Source: a plasmid. Taken from it: a stretch of 35,665 bases of DNA. A program made the position numbers and the translations under genes. Shown here piece by piece: positions 7,633 to 17,371 of this stretch. The notes beneath the pieces were generated by a model that did no database searches, was not told the DNA's origin, and was given only the letters and a program-made list of their open reading frames with translations. Every line of letters begins with the position of its first letter. Position 1 is the first letter of the stretch. The DNA is taken from the sequence record CP051992.1, one strand, 5' to 3'.

Positions 7633-7752
7633 GTGAAAAGAATGCAGAGAAAGGAAGAAGAACAAAAAAATAAGACTGTAAAAGCTAATTTGGTATTACT
7701 GTACCTTAACATAGCTTATACAATCTTACAGATACTTGGCAAAGTATTATAG
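7633..7752 (+). CDS. 39-aa peptide with charged N-terminus and hydrophobic C-terminus (GTG start)
   Basis: SD aaggggg 5-6 nt upstream of GTG. Terminator hairpin follows immediately. Confidence 0.25.
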   Translation: MKRMQRKEEEQKNKTVKANLVLLYLNIAYTILQILGKVL

Positions 7753-7758
7753 TTCTTC

Positions 7759-7790
7759 AAATAGGGGTTCACGTCCCCTATTTCTTTTCT
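7759..7790 (+). terminator. intrinsic terminator (atagggg-ttcacgt-cccctat + T-rich)
   Basis: Read directly. Confidence 0.5.
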
Positions 7791-7814
7791 ACTATTATAA
7801 CATAGGAGGTTTAA

Positions 7815-7892
7815 AATGGAAAATTACAATAAACTTGTGTTTATTTTATTACTATTCCTTACGTGTTTGAATCTATTAAATTTTATATTGTA
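7815..7892 (+). CDS. 25-aa hydrophobic peptide MENYNKLVFILLLFLTCLNLLNFIL
   Basis: SD taggaggt 8 nt upstream of ATG. Confidence 0.3.
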
Positions 7893-7992
7893 GGTTTTAT
7901 AATGATTAAATGCAAACAGTTTCAAAGATTAAAAGAACATTATTTTAATGGTTTAACTGTTCAATTAATATAATAAAGCGCTCTTCGGTAAA

Positions 7993-8006
7993 TTACACAT
8001 GTGTAA
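7993..8006. promoter_or_regulatory. perfect 14-bp palindrome ttacacatgtgtaa at the 3' end of the minus-strand transfer operon
   Basis: Shares gtaaaTTACACA / TGTGTAA half-sites with the array at 6-43. Confidence 0.35.
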
Positions 8007-8018
8007 CTATCCAATCGC

Positions 8019-8624
8019 TTAAATGTTTTTTGTGTACTTACAATTAGGATAGTTAGAACAGCCTAAAAACTGGCCGTTTTTGCCTGTTCTAACTACTAAT
8101 TTATGATTGCATCTTGGACATTTTTCATTATTTGAAAAATCGGGATTTATACTAATAATCCATTTAGATAAGCTTGTTCTATCTTTCATAACGACATCGC
8201 ACGCCTTACCTAACTCGACTGCACTTTTAGTATAAAAACTATTAGTCACAAGCCATGCTTCATCGGCATTGTAAAAACGTTGTGCGGTGTATATTTCTTG
8301 CACAGCTTTAATACCTATCTTACTGTTACTCCGTTTTGCTTGTACAACTATTTTTTTATTCTCTTTTTTTAATATTAAGTCTGCACCATAGTCCCTTGAA
8401 GCTTTCGTTACAATTGGCTTATATTTTAACTTTAAAAACAATGCTTCGAGATAATATTCGAATTCTATGCCTTCCATTTTATCTATATCAATTATATGTG
8501 CTCTTCTATATAATGCTTGAATTTTTTTCTTCTTAATAAATCTATAAATGACGGGCGTTAACTTATATGCGATAACTAACATAAATATTAGTAGTAAAAT
8601 ATTGTAGATGTTTATTTCAGTCAT
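8019..8624 (-). CDS. membrane-anchored Mrr-like (PD-(D/E)xK) restriction-endonuclease-fold protein with C-terminal topoisomerase-type C4 zinc ribbon (201 aa)
   Basis: N-terminal TM (ILLLIFMLVIAY). GADLIL...VVQAKR nuclease-core pattern. C-terminal CPRCNHKLVVRTGKNGQFLGCSNYPNC. Ends 2 bp after the primase-like gene. Confidence 0.6.
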   Translation of the reverse strand: MTEINIYNILLLIFMLVIAYKLTPVIYRFIKKKKIQALYRRAHIIDIDKMEGIEFEYYLEALFLKLKYKPIVTKASRDYGADLILKKENKKIVVQAKRSNSKIGIKAVQEIYTAQRFYNADEAWLVTNSFYTKSAVELGKACDVVMKDRTSLSKWIISINPDFSNNEKCPRCNHKLVVRTGKNGQFLGCSNYPNCKYTKNI

Positions 8625-8626
8625 GT

Positions 8627-9658
8627 TTATATCTCCCTATCATCTTTTTCGTTATGAGTTTGTTCTTTCAATTGCTCTTTTATTTCATTTTTTTGATATA
8701 ACGTTTTTCCGTCAGTTATCGCTTTATCCTTTTTTAATTGTTCGTTCCAATCTTTAGAGTTTAAAGGTAAATCTATTGTAAAGTCATTTTCGTAAGTATT
8801 AACGATGCTGCTTACGAAATTTTTCCCTGCCTCATCGTTATCAACGGCTAAAACTATACTTTCTAGTGGGTATTCTTTTGGTTCTTCTCCTAGTTTCAAA
8901 TTATATTTGCCAACATCTAAAATGTGCTGTTTAAAAGTTTCTAATTTAAGGCCTGACAGTGAGGCTATTCGAGTTTGTTTTAAGTCCCTATGCGAGTCAT
9001 AATAACTGAGGGCATCTATAGGACTTTCCGTTATAACAACATTACGAATACCTATATTTTTATCTTGAATGATATCAATGTGAAATCCACTATGTTGCTT
9101 TGATCCTTCTACAATTTGTTTAAAAGCCTTTCTCCCTGTACCACGTTTATCTACCCCGACAATGTTATTTTCATTATCTAACCATTTAAAACAAACATTG
9201 TTCTGTTTGTCTTGAGCTATAACTCCTGTATTGAACCCCCATCTAACAAGTTTTGGGTCTAAACACCTTTCATTTACTAAGTAATTATAAGCTCTTGTAC
9301 TATCTTTCATTTCAGTTTGTGTATTGTAATTTAAAGTCTTTTTTTCTTTTATAGAAAAATTGTCATTTTTATATTGAGAAAAACCATCTTGCGTTAAAAT
9401 AGACATTGCTTCTTTAAAATCCATGTCTAATACATCTATACAAAAAGATAAACCGCCATGTCCTTTTACGCCTTTAGAGTTCCAATAATAACTTTGTCCT
9501 TTTAGAATCAATGAATCGTGCTCTATGCATCTATCATATTTGCCTTCTTTTTTAAATGTAAGTCCATAAGCTTCTCCTATTTCTCTAATGTCAGTTTTTC
9601 TTGCATGTTCTTTTTCTTCGTTTGTATAGGATTGTTTACTCATATTAAAAACCTCCAA
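8627..9658 (-). CDS. DUF3991/Toprim-domain protein (conjugative primase-like, 343 aa)
   Basis: Toprim motifs VVITESPIDALSY and LAVDNDEAGKNF. Confidence 0.65.
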   Translation of the reverse strand: MEVFNMSKQSYTNEEKEHARKTDIREIGEAYGLTFKKEGKYDRCIEHDSLILKGQSYYWNSKGVKGHGGLSFCIDVLDMDFKEAMSILTQDGFSQYKNDNFSIKEKKTLNYNTQTEMKDSTRAYNYLVNERCLDPKLVRWGFNTGVIAQDKQNNVCFKWLDNENNIVGVDKRGTGRKAFKQIVEGSKQHSGFHIDIIQDKNIGIRNVVITESPIDALSYYDSHRDLKQTRIASLSGLKLETFKQHILDVGKYNLKLGEEPKEYPLESIVLAVDNDEAGKNFVSSIVNTYENDFTIDLPLNSKDWNEQLKKDKAITDGKTLYQKNEIKEQLKEQTHNEKDDREI

Positions 9659-9697
9659 AAAAGAACAGTCTTTGATTAAGGACTGTTCTAAATATTT

Positions 9698-11047
9698 TTA
9701 TCTTTCATAATTTTCTTGTTCGGCAAGTTCTATATATTCTTTTGGAAGAGGATTTTGATTATTTGATATAACGTTTTGGTTGGATTTCACAACAGAGTTT
9801 TCTTTGTTTTCAGAATATTTAAATTCTCCTGTTTGGGTATTATACGTAAATTCAAAAATATCTGCATTCTTTTGTATTTTCTCCTTATCTTTATCGTTTA
9901 AAGTTAACGCGTATAAATTTTCATCAACTTCTACAATTATTTCTCCTTGCTCTATTCCAACAAAATTTGCCTTTTCTAACTCAGATGGTTCTTTTTCTGG
10001 AGTTACAGCAAAAGTATTTTGATTGTTTAATGTTTGAAATAACTCTGATTCCTGTATTTTTCCTGCTTCGTATATCTCTTTTTCCCGCTCTAATTCTATA
10101 ACTTTATTTTCTTTTATAGCTTGTTCGGATTCTTTAGTAAGTGAGCGATGAACGCCTTTTAACTCCTTGTTAAAATTTTTCAAGTTATTCTCTGTAAAAT
10201 TTAAAGATGTATTCCTGTTATTTTCTAAATGATTAAGTCTGCTTTCATTTAAGTCTTTTGCGTTTATACTTGCTTCTATTTTTTGTATGCCTTGTAGAGT
10301 GAATTGCTCTAATTGTAATTTATTATAATCGTTATCTATAGAGTAAGGATCACTGAAATGAATTGCCTCATTAGCATCTTTAAGATAATTATATAGTTCC
10401 AACATTTGCGTTTGGTTATCTTGATTACTCCAATCTATGTGTTTACTGAAATTATTGAAGTTATATTTGTTTTCTGTTTCAGGATTGTCTTTGAGCGCTA
10501 GTGTTTGTTCTATAATTTCTAATCGAGTTATTTGTTTATAATTCCTTAACTCTTTAATATTTTCCGCATTGTTTATTATGTTATAACTATCCTTCATCAT
10601 ATCTTGTAAGTCACTAAACTTTTCACTTAACAATATTTCGTTATTTAGCTCTGTATGCCTTAAATTTTGTTGTTCCTCTTTAAAAAGTGTTTTTATTTTT
10701 GAAAATGCATCTACCACGTTATCTTTACTTTTGCCTAACAACTCTTTAATATTTTCGCTGATAATTTTAGGATTTATGGCATAATCGGAGAGAAAAGCCT
10801 TGATTCCATGTATATTTTTATTGATGGTTTCTCCTGTGAATTTTTCATGTAAGCGCGCTTTAATGCCTGTAATAGATTGTTGTAATTCAGTGAAATAACC
10901 ACTTAGTCCTAAGTTTTCACGCGATTTTGAACTCATACGTTTTAAAAGTTCTTTATCAACTTGTTTTGCAATTAGCTCGTGCAAAGCTTCTTTGTCTATA
11001 TCTATTTTATATTTTTCCTTCAAAATGTCTTTGATAGGTGTTTCCAT
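9698..11047 (-). CDS. hypothetical coiled-coil protein (449 aa)
   Basis: Long ORF with SD gaggcg. No recognisable motif. Confidence 0.5.
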   Translation of the reverse strand: METPIKDILKEKYKIDIDKEALHELIAKQVDKELLKRMSSKSRENLGLSGYFTELQQSITGIKARLHEKFTGETINKNIHGIKAFLSDYAINPKIISENIKELLGKSKDNVVDAFSKIKTLFKEEQQNLRHTELNNEILLSEKFSDLQDMMKDSYNIINNAENIKELRNYKQITRLEIIEQTLALKDNPETENKYNFNNFSKHIDWSNQDNQTQMLELYNYLKDANEAIHFSDPYSIDNDYNKLQLEQFTLQGIQKIEASINAKDLNESRLNHLENNRNTSLNFTENNLKNFNKELKGVHRSLTKESEQAIKENKVIELEREKEIYEAGKIQESELFQTLNNQNTFAVTPEKEPSELEKANFVGIEQGEIIVEVDENLYALTLNDKDKEKIQKNADIFEFTYNTQTGEFKYSENKENSVVKSNQNVISNNQNPLPKEYIELAEQENYER

Positions 11048-11088
11048 ATTATTCGCCTCAATTCTAGATATTATTTATATTGATCGTA

Positions 11089-13202
11089 TTAATCAAAACT
11101 AATGTTATATCTCTTCGTTCCTGTTTTCTTATCTTCTGTCAAAATTAAATATGCTTCATACGTTTTTCCAGCTTTGTTTTTTAATTTCAATTTTTTTGAG
11201 GTTTTACCATTAAAAATCAATTCTTGAATTTGTTTGTCTGTTAATTTTTTCTGATAAAAATTTTTGAAGAATACTTGTTCACAATTTGTGCAACTAATAA
11301 TTTTGTTTTTATCTATGAGTTGACCATCTGTACAGTTAGGGCATTCTCCAAATTCATTATCTTTTGCAACAATATTACTTTGGTTGATTATCGACTTGTC
11401 TTCACATTTCTCTTGGTATGCTTTAATTTCTTTATCTATGAATTTCATTGTTATATCAATAAAGTTATCAGTATTTGCTTGTCCTTGTCCGATGAGCTTT
11501 AAGCGTTTTTCCCACGCTGCTGTCATTGTAGCACTAGCAAGCAGACTCCCTTTTACTGCTTTACAAAGCAAAATCCCTTTTGCTGTAATGTGCACTTTAT
11601 TTTTTTCGATTTTGATATAATTTTTATTTTTTAGACTCTGTATAATTCCATCTCTGGTTGCTTCTGTGCCAATACCTTGTATTTCTTTTAATATTTCAGC
11701 TTCTTCATCGTCTAAATACTTCCCGCAACTTTTCATCAGTGTTATAAGCTGGCCTTCTGTATAAAGCTTTGGAGATTGAGTAATCCCTTATTTGAATAAA
11801 TATTAGCCTTTACACATTCATTTTTTATGAGTTTTGGTAATTGTTGTTCTGGAGATTTTTCATTGCCTTTGTGTTTAAATAGGATTTTCCAGCCTTTTTG
11901 TATTTCGGTGTGACCAGTTGTGTAAAAAATAAGTTGGTTTACATTGGTTTCAATTTTTGTTTCGTCATATACATAGTCATTCGCAAACATACTTAGTGTA
12001 GTACTTACTACTTCATCAAGCACATATTTTTCATCTTGACTTAATTTCTCAATGTTTTGTGGTGTAGGTATTTGAGAGGTAGGTATAATTGCATAGTGTT
12101 CTTTTACTTTTTCGTTATTTACATATCGAGCTCTTGGCTTATCATACACAATTGAAAAATGTTTGTTATATACATTCATTAGTGATTGCAAGTTTTCCTT
12201 CAAATAAAGATATTCTTCACTCGTGATGTAGTTACAATCCGTTCTTGGATAAGAAAGTATTTTTTTCTCATACAAACTTTGAACAATATTCTTAGTTTTT
12301 TCAGGACTATATTTATACTGTTTATTGATTTTAGATTGTAATGTTGATAAAGAGTGTAGTTTAGGTGATGATGTGCGCTTTTCTTGAGTCTCTAGTTTAG
12401 TAATTATGCCTTCTTTAGCATCTTTCAAATTGTGCTTTTCTCCCAAATTAATAATTTCTTGTTTATCAGTTGTTTTTATTTTGGCTTTTCCTTTATAGCA
12501 ACCATTTTTAGATTCGAACTCCCAAATATTTCATAAAATGTTTCAGGTTTAAAGTTTTCGATTGCTAAGTAACGTTCGTAAATCATATATAACGTTGGCG
12601 TTTGAACACGCCCGATTGAGAAAACATCTTGAACACCTTGCAATTGAAATATTTTTGAATATACAGGGCTCAAATTCATACCAATTAAATAATCGCTTGT
12701 TTGTCTTGCGTAAGCTTCTTGATAATTTTGATAATCTTGATGGTTATTTTGTAATTGTTGAAACCCTTTTTTTATTTCCTTTTCTACAAGAGAGTTTATC
12801 CATAGTCTTTTTATGGTTTTGTTTTTGACTCCGGTCAGTTTTAATGTTGAATAAAAGATATTACTTCCTTCCCTATCAATATCTGTTGCATTGATCAAAA
12901 TGTCAGCGTCTTTAAATAAAGTTTTAACAATGTTAAATTGCTTGCTTTTACCTTCTGATACTTTGTATTCAAATGGACTTGGACGATAAGGTAGGTTTTT
13001 TAAATCCCAATTATTTATAGGGTTTGAGTAATCTTTTGGCAATTTTAATTCCACTAGATGGCCAAAGCCCCATGTGATTATGACTCCCCGTCAAACATAG
13101 GATTTACACCTTCGATATAACCATCTTTTTTGTGTGATATCCTAAAGCATTGGCATAATCTCTTGCTTGTGAGGGTTTTTCAGCAAAAATAACTGTTTTC
13201 AT
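11089..13202 (-). pseudogene. topB: type IA DNA topoisomerase (topoisomerase III, TraI/TopB-like) disrupted by four single-base deletions
   Basis: Fragments, N to C: MKTVIFAEKPSQARDYANALG (start 13202), 192-aa Toprim fragment (DIDREGSNIF..SIGRVQTPTL), 234-aa fragment, 215-aa C-terminal fragment with zinc-ribbon cysteines. Frames rejoin with +1 nt at ~13126-13131 (A6 for A7), ~13078 (aa for aaa), 12521-12523 (CCC for CCCC) and 11785-11787 (CCC for CCCC). Confidence 0.7.
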
Positions 13203-13225
13203 ATTGATGCGTCACCTCTTATGTT

Positions 13226-13900
13226 TTATCTTTCTAATTCATTATCTTGCTCATCTACAACTTGTTTCTTAAGATGTCTTGGCGTCTTTTCTAAGCCGTC
13301 ATTGCTCATTTCTATAGTTTCTGTCTTTTCTTTGTATATGATGTTTCCTGTTGATTTATCTAGCATGAAATCGTATCTATTTGGTGCCTCCTTTACTTTT
13401 AAATATGATTCATGGGGGATAGTGACTTGATAAAGCTGATTTGCAACTTCAAGCTCTATTTTCCCATCTTCAAAGCTTGCGATTTCACATTTGTTTAATT
13501 GTGTTTCCATTGGCTCTGTATGTTCGATTTTAGCTATTTGAAAACGTTGATTAATATAATTGAAGTTTTCTTTATTTTGATTTGATTTTTGATAAATAAT
13601 GTCTTCATATTTTGAAAATGCATAATCTTTTATTTCGATATTTTCTACATTTTTCATTTGATTTTCTACTTCTCTTAAACCTTTAGTAGCCTTGTCTAAC
13701 TCATAAAAAGGTGAAATAACGTTTGCTACACTCTCTTCAATCACTGCTTTGATGTTGGGATTTAGGTTTTCTTTTAAATGTTGTAAGTCATTTTGTTCTC
13801 TTTCTGTTAGAGCTTCAACATTGAAAAGCGGTTTATCCGAAAAAAATTCTTTCAATAAGTATGTTTGATAAATTTTACCCTGTTCATTTTGATTCATCAT
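13226..13900 (-). CDS. hypothetical protein (224 aa)
   Basis: ORF in operon context. Confidence 0.5.
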   Translation of the reverse strand: MMNQNEQGKIYQTYLLKEFFSDKPLFNVEALTEREQNDLQHLKENLNPNIKAVIEESVANVISPFYELDKATKGLREVENQMKNVENIEIKDYAFSKYEDIIYQKSNQNKENFNYINQRFQIAKIEHTEPMETQLNKCEIASFEDGKIELEVANQLYQVTIPHESYLKVKEAPNRYDFMLDKSTGNIIYKEKTETIEMSNDGLEKTPRHLKKQVVDEQDNELER

Positions 13901-13918
13901 TTATAGCCTCCTTTATTT

Positions 13919-15244
13919 TTAGCGCTCTATCTGATTGTCAGAAGTATAAATATCAATAACTTTTTTGTTTTGTGCATGTTTAATAGACTGCGAGTCTTTC
14001 TCAATAGCTCTATCCACTTTAGATTTAGAACTTGGATCTTGGGAGACGATATATGTCTTGACGTACTCGTAAAATGTTGGCTGTTCTAACATCGTTTGCT
14101 GAGGTGCATAGCTAAATGGTATGCCTTGTATAATGTTTGTTTTATTGTTTTCTTGATGCGCTAACGTAGGTGTAAATTGACTATACATTTCTTTAGAAAA
14201 ATAATTAGCGTCTTGTATGGTATATAGCTGATCGTTTCTAAGAAAAGTATTGTTTTTAGTTTTGTTTGGTTTAATCATAACTTCACTTGGATATTTGTTA
14301 ACTTCTAAATAAATGTCATTAGCGTCTTTATCGTTAATGGCTTTTATCATTTCACTAGATACTTTTTGAACATTTTTCATCAACATCATTTTATCTTCGG
14401 CAGACATATTTTTTGCGTATCCATATATATACTGTATTGAATCATCATTATTATCTAATCCCATATAGCTACCTACAATTAACGCTGTCATTTCTGCTTG
14501 AAACTCTTCTTCTTTCATTCCCAAAGTCGTTGGTGTTTCAATTATTTTATCCTTTCCATGTAAAAGCGCATGACTTAATTCATGTATCATCGTTCTTGTG
14601 TTTTCTGCTTGTTCATTATCTTTATTTAAGATGATTTTTTTATCTCCGGTTGACGTTTCTGTATAGTATCCTCTTGCGCCTTGAATGCTGTCCTCGCTTT
14701 CCTTCACATCTATATTGTAAGCTTCAGCAATAGCGTTTAGGCACTGTATTTTCTTTGCATAATCAGTTACTTCTCCACGTAATTGTTGAATCATTTGAGG
14801 GTATTTATCCTCAGGCATGTCTGTTTGTCGAATATCAAATACACTGCCTTTTACAAAAACCAGTTGCTTATTTATTTTAATTTCGCCTTTCTTCATAAGT
14901 GCTTTCTCTTCTTTTGTTGCTTCCTTTATTGGCAAAACAGATTTTTTATTATCTATGTCTCTTACAAAGGTTTTCCTTTCAGATGGTACAAGTATCTTAA
15001 TAGCTTTTTCTCCCTTTTGTACTTGTGCGCCTAATGATTGCCACTTTTTATAAGGTGCTATTGCTTTTGCGCCTTTGTATTGATTAGCAATCAATAATTG
15101 GTTTCTAGGGGAGTAATTATAGAATTGAGAAAGAAAGCTTATATATTCTTCTACGCTGTCTGGAGAATAAAAAAATTCTTCTATTTTTTTTAAAGCTTGT
15201 TCTGAAGTTTCTTCAATAAAATGGTTTAACTCAGCCTTTTTCAT
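13919..15244 (-). CDS. ardC: ArdC-like antirestriction protein (N-terminal ssDNA-binding ArdC_N/DUF1738, C-terminal HExxH metalloprotease-like domain)
   Basis: N-terminal YSPRNQLLIANQ...KGEKAIKILVP pattern. HELSHALLH motif. Confidence 0.65.
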   Translation of the reverse strand: MKKAELNHFIEETSEQALKKIEEFFYSPDSVEEYISFLSQFYNYSPRNQLLIANQYKGAKAIAPYKKWQSLGAQVQKGEKAIKILVPSERKTFVRDIDNKKSVLPIKEATKEEKALMKKGEIKINKQLVFVKGSVFDIRQTDMPEDKYPQMIQQLRGEVTDYAKKIQCLNAIAEAYNIDVKESEDSIQGARGYYTETSTGDKKIILNKDNEQAENTRTMIHELSHALLHGKDKIIETPTTLGMKEEEFQAEMTALIVGSYMGLDNNDDSIQYIYGYAKNMSAEDKMMLMKNVQKVSSEMIKAINDKDANDIYLEVNKYPSEVMIKPNKTKNNTFLRNDQLYTIQDANYFSKEMYSQFTPTLAHQENNKTNIIQGIPFSYAPQQTMLEQPTFYEYVKTYIVSQDPSSKSKVDRAIEKDSQSIKHAQNKKVIDIYTSDNQIER

Positions 15245-15804
15245 TGTTCATCATCTCCAAACATCATATTCCCCAACTGTAAATCACCTTCATCAAAATC
15301 AGACATATCATTCAAAATTATTTTGTGAAATTCAGGACTATATGAAAAATATACTTTGTCTATATCATCTGTTTTTTCGAAACTTTGTAACGTGTCTTTA
15401 ATAACTTGATAAACATCTTCTTTAATAAATAAAGTTAGATGTTCATTATCTTCTGTTTCTATTTCTGCGTAATGCTTTCCTTTAACGCTAAATAATTTTA
15501 CAATTTCACAAGTTTTTGACGTTATAGGCATATCTTCAATGGCGAAAAAATAATCTTCGATATTGTCTATTTCACTTTGTTGCGTAACGTCATAATCATT
15601 ATCAATCACAATGATCCCTTTATCTGGATTGATAATAAAATTAAGTTCATTATCCTTGCTTAGCTTTTGATAACATTGTTCTAATTGTGCATCTGTAAGT
15701 CTGAAGTCATATTCAAATTCTTCTGTTTCTACCGTTATAATATTCCCAGCCAATTTGACAAATGTAGCTGGTTCAGCATCACTAATTAAAAAATTATTTT
15801 CCAC
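15241..15804 (-). CDS. acidic hypothetical protein (187 aa)
   Basis: Translationally coupled (ATGA overlap) with the ArdC-like gene. Confidence 0.5.
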   Translation of the reverse strand: MENNFLISDAEPATFVKLAGNIITVETEEFEYDFRLTDAQLEQCYQKLSKDNELNFIINPDKGIIVIDNDYDVTQQSEIDNIEDYFFAIEDMPITSKTCEIVKLFSVKGKHYAEIETEDNEHLTLFIKEDVYQVIKDTLQSFEKTDDIDKVYFSYSPEFHKIILNDMSDFDEGDLQLGNMMFGDDEQ

Positions 15805-15806
15805 GC

Positions 15807-16193
15807 TTAACCCCTCCTATTTTTATTAGTCATCTTTCTAATTCTTTTTTCTTCTATTTGCGTTTCAACATCTTTTTTCGCACTTTCTAACCAACTTGTA
15901 GGTTCGCTATGTGCGCTTCTATTTTCGTCAAAACCTTCTAAATAGGCAGTCGTATTCGCAAATTCAACTAGTGTTTTAATATCCTTTGAATTTTGATTCA
16001 TGATTAATGTTATTTTCTTCATATTACTTATTAACTCTGATGTTTCATCAACTCTTTCTTTCAACATTAGATATTCATTAATAATATATTCAATAGCTTC
16101 ACCGCTATTTTTAAAGTCATTTTCTCTTTGGATTTTTGTTAATAAATCCAAATACTTTCCTTCAATTCTTATACGTTGTTGAATTTTAGACAT
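15807..16193 (-). CDS. RHH-like relaxosome accessory protein candidate (128 aa)
   Basis: N-terminal QRIRIEGKYLDLLTKIQRE..GEAIEYIINEYL strand-helix-helix pattern. Immediately downstream of the relaxase gene. Confidence 0.4.
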   Translation of the reverse strand: MSKIQQRIRIEGKYLDLLTKIQRENDFKNSGEAIEYIINEYLMLKERVDETSELISNMKKITLIMNQNSKDIKTLVEFANTTAYLEGFDENRSAHSEPTSWLESAKKDVETQIEEKRIRKMTNKNRRG

Positions 16194-16202
16194 ATCATTT
16201 AA

Positions 16203-17354
16203 CTACCTTTCTCTATATGATTGCTTATCAAATTCTTGATAGTATTGCTGTATATTTTTTTCTTTATCATAGTCACTGCGCAATGCATATTTTGTTCTAT
16301 ATAGTGCTTGATTAAGACACTTTCCTATTTTTAACTTTGTTATAGTTGCATTCGATTTTGAATGTGTAGATTGTTGCTTTACTTTCATTAAATCTTGGTC
16401 TAATTCTTTGATGTTCTTTAATATTGTATTACCCGAACGGGCATATAAATCTTTCATTTTTGTTTTTTCATATGAGCCATAATTAGAATTTTCACCGTAA
16501 GTTTCTTTGTACAAATTGGTTTGTCTTTTTAAGTCATTTTTAAAAACTTCAAAATCTTTACTGTGATAATTTTTTATATAGATATCTGTTATTTTATCAA
16601 TTTCTGGTCTGATATATTTCAAAATATTATTGTTATAATTCCACTGATTCCTTGGGATATCTTCCAATAACTTATGAACTTTTTTTATTTGCTTTTTCAT
16701 GCCTTTGTCTTTACATGGTTCAGATTCATCACGAATACCTTTAACTATCCTTTCGCGTATAAACTCATTTATTTTTTGACGTTCTCCCTTTATATCAAAA
16801 AGCTCATTGGCAAAGGTAGATTTCATATGTTTTAGTGTTGCTGGCTTTCTTTTTCCTCTAGTGCGTTTAATTACTTTTTCTACTGCTGCAACATGAACAT
16901 GTATGTTATCCGTGTTATAGTGAATTGCGCCAGACCAAACTAAATTGTCTTCAAGCCCTTCTTTTTTCTCAAACCTTTTCATCATTTTTCTTGTAGCTTC
17001 TTTAATTTTTTGTTCATCTAATGTATGTGTTTTTGAATCATATATACCTACACTTTCTAAAGCTGAATTATCAAAACTGATAACATCTTTCCACATCATA
17101 CCTTTATTTTTTTGTGCATGACTAAAATCACTTTTAATTTTATTTATCGCCTTTTTCGACATAAAGTTATCATGTTCATTAAACATATTCTGACTTTTTT
17201 CTTCATCAAACATGTAGTGTGCGTAAACATCGTATTTAAAATCATCTTTATTGTTTTGTGCTTCTCCACGTTTCATATAATTAACATAATTACTGTATTC
17301 ATAAAATTCATTTGGTTGTTCAAATTGAGATACTGTTACAATCTTTGGCATCAT
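16203..17354 (-). CDS. conjugative relaxase (HUH nickase, MobP/MobQ-like, 383 aa)
   Basis: Histidine-triad motif HYNTDNIHVHVAAV. Position next to oriT and the RHH gene. Confidence 0.65.
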   Translation of the reverse strand: MMPKIVTVSQFEQPNEFYEYSNYVNYMKRGEAQNNKDDFKYDVYAHYMFDEEKSQNMFNEHDNFMSKKAINKIKSDFSHAQKNKGMMWKDVISFDNSALESVGIYDSKTHTLDEQKIKEATRKMMKRFEKKEGLEDNLVWSGAIHYNTDNIHVHVAAVEKVIKRTRGKRKPATLKHMKSTFANELFDIKGERQKINEFIRERIVKGIRDESEPCKDKGMKKQIKKVHKLLEDIPRNQWNYNNNILKYIRPEIDKITDIYIKNYHSKDFEVFKNDLKRQTNLYKETYGENSNYGSYEKTKMKDLYARSGNTILKNIKELDQDLMKVKQQSTHSKSNATITKLKIGKCLNQALYRTKYALRSDYDKEKNIQQYYQEFDKQSYRER

Positions 17355-17371
17355 ATCACCTACTCATTGAT

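Noticed and set aside
1-8000. Searched the accessory region for resistance, virulence or known defence-system genes (R-M, Abi, TA pairs with known folds)
   Set aside because: None recognisable by motif. Only hypothetical, acidic and DNA-binding proteins.
11089-13202. Explaining all frameshifts (topoisomerase x4, recombinase x1) as pure homopolymer sequencing error
   Set aside because: Not adopted as the sole explanation: the 2.0-2.8-kb neighbouring genes in the same AT-rich context are intact. It stays a formal alternative, checkable from reads.
13221-13430. 69-aa plus-strand ORF at the topo/224-aa gene junction
   Set aside because: Antisense to operon genes. No SD.
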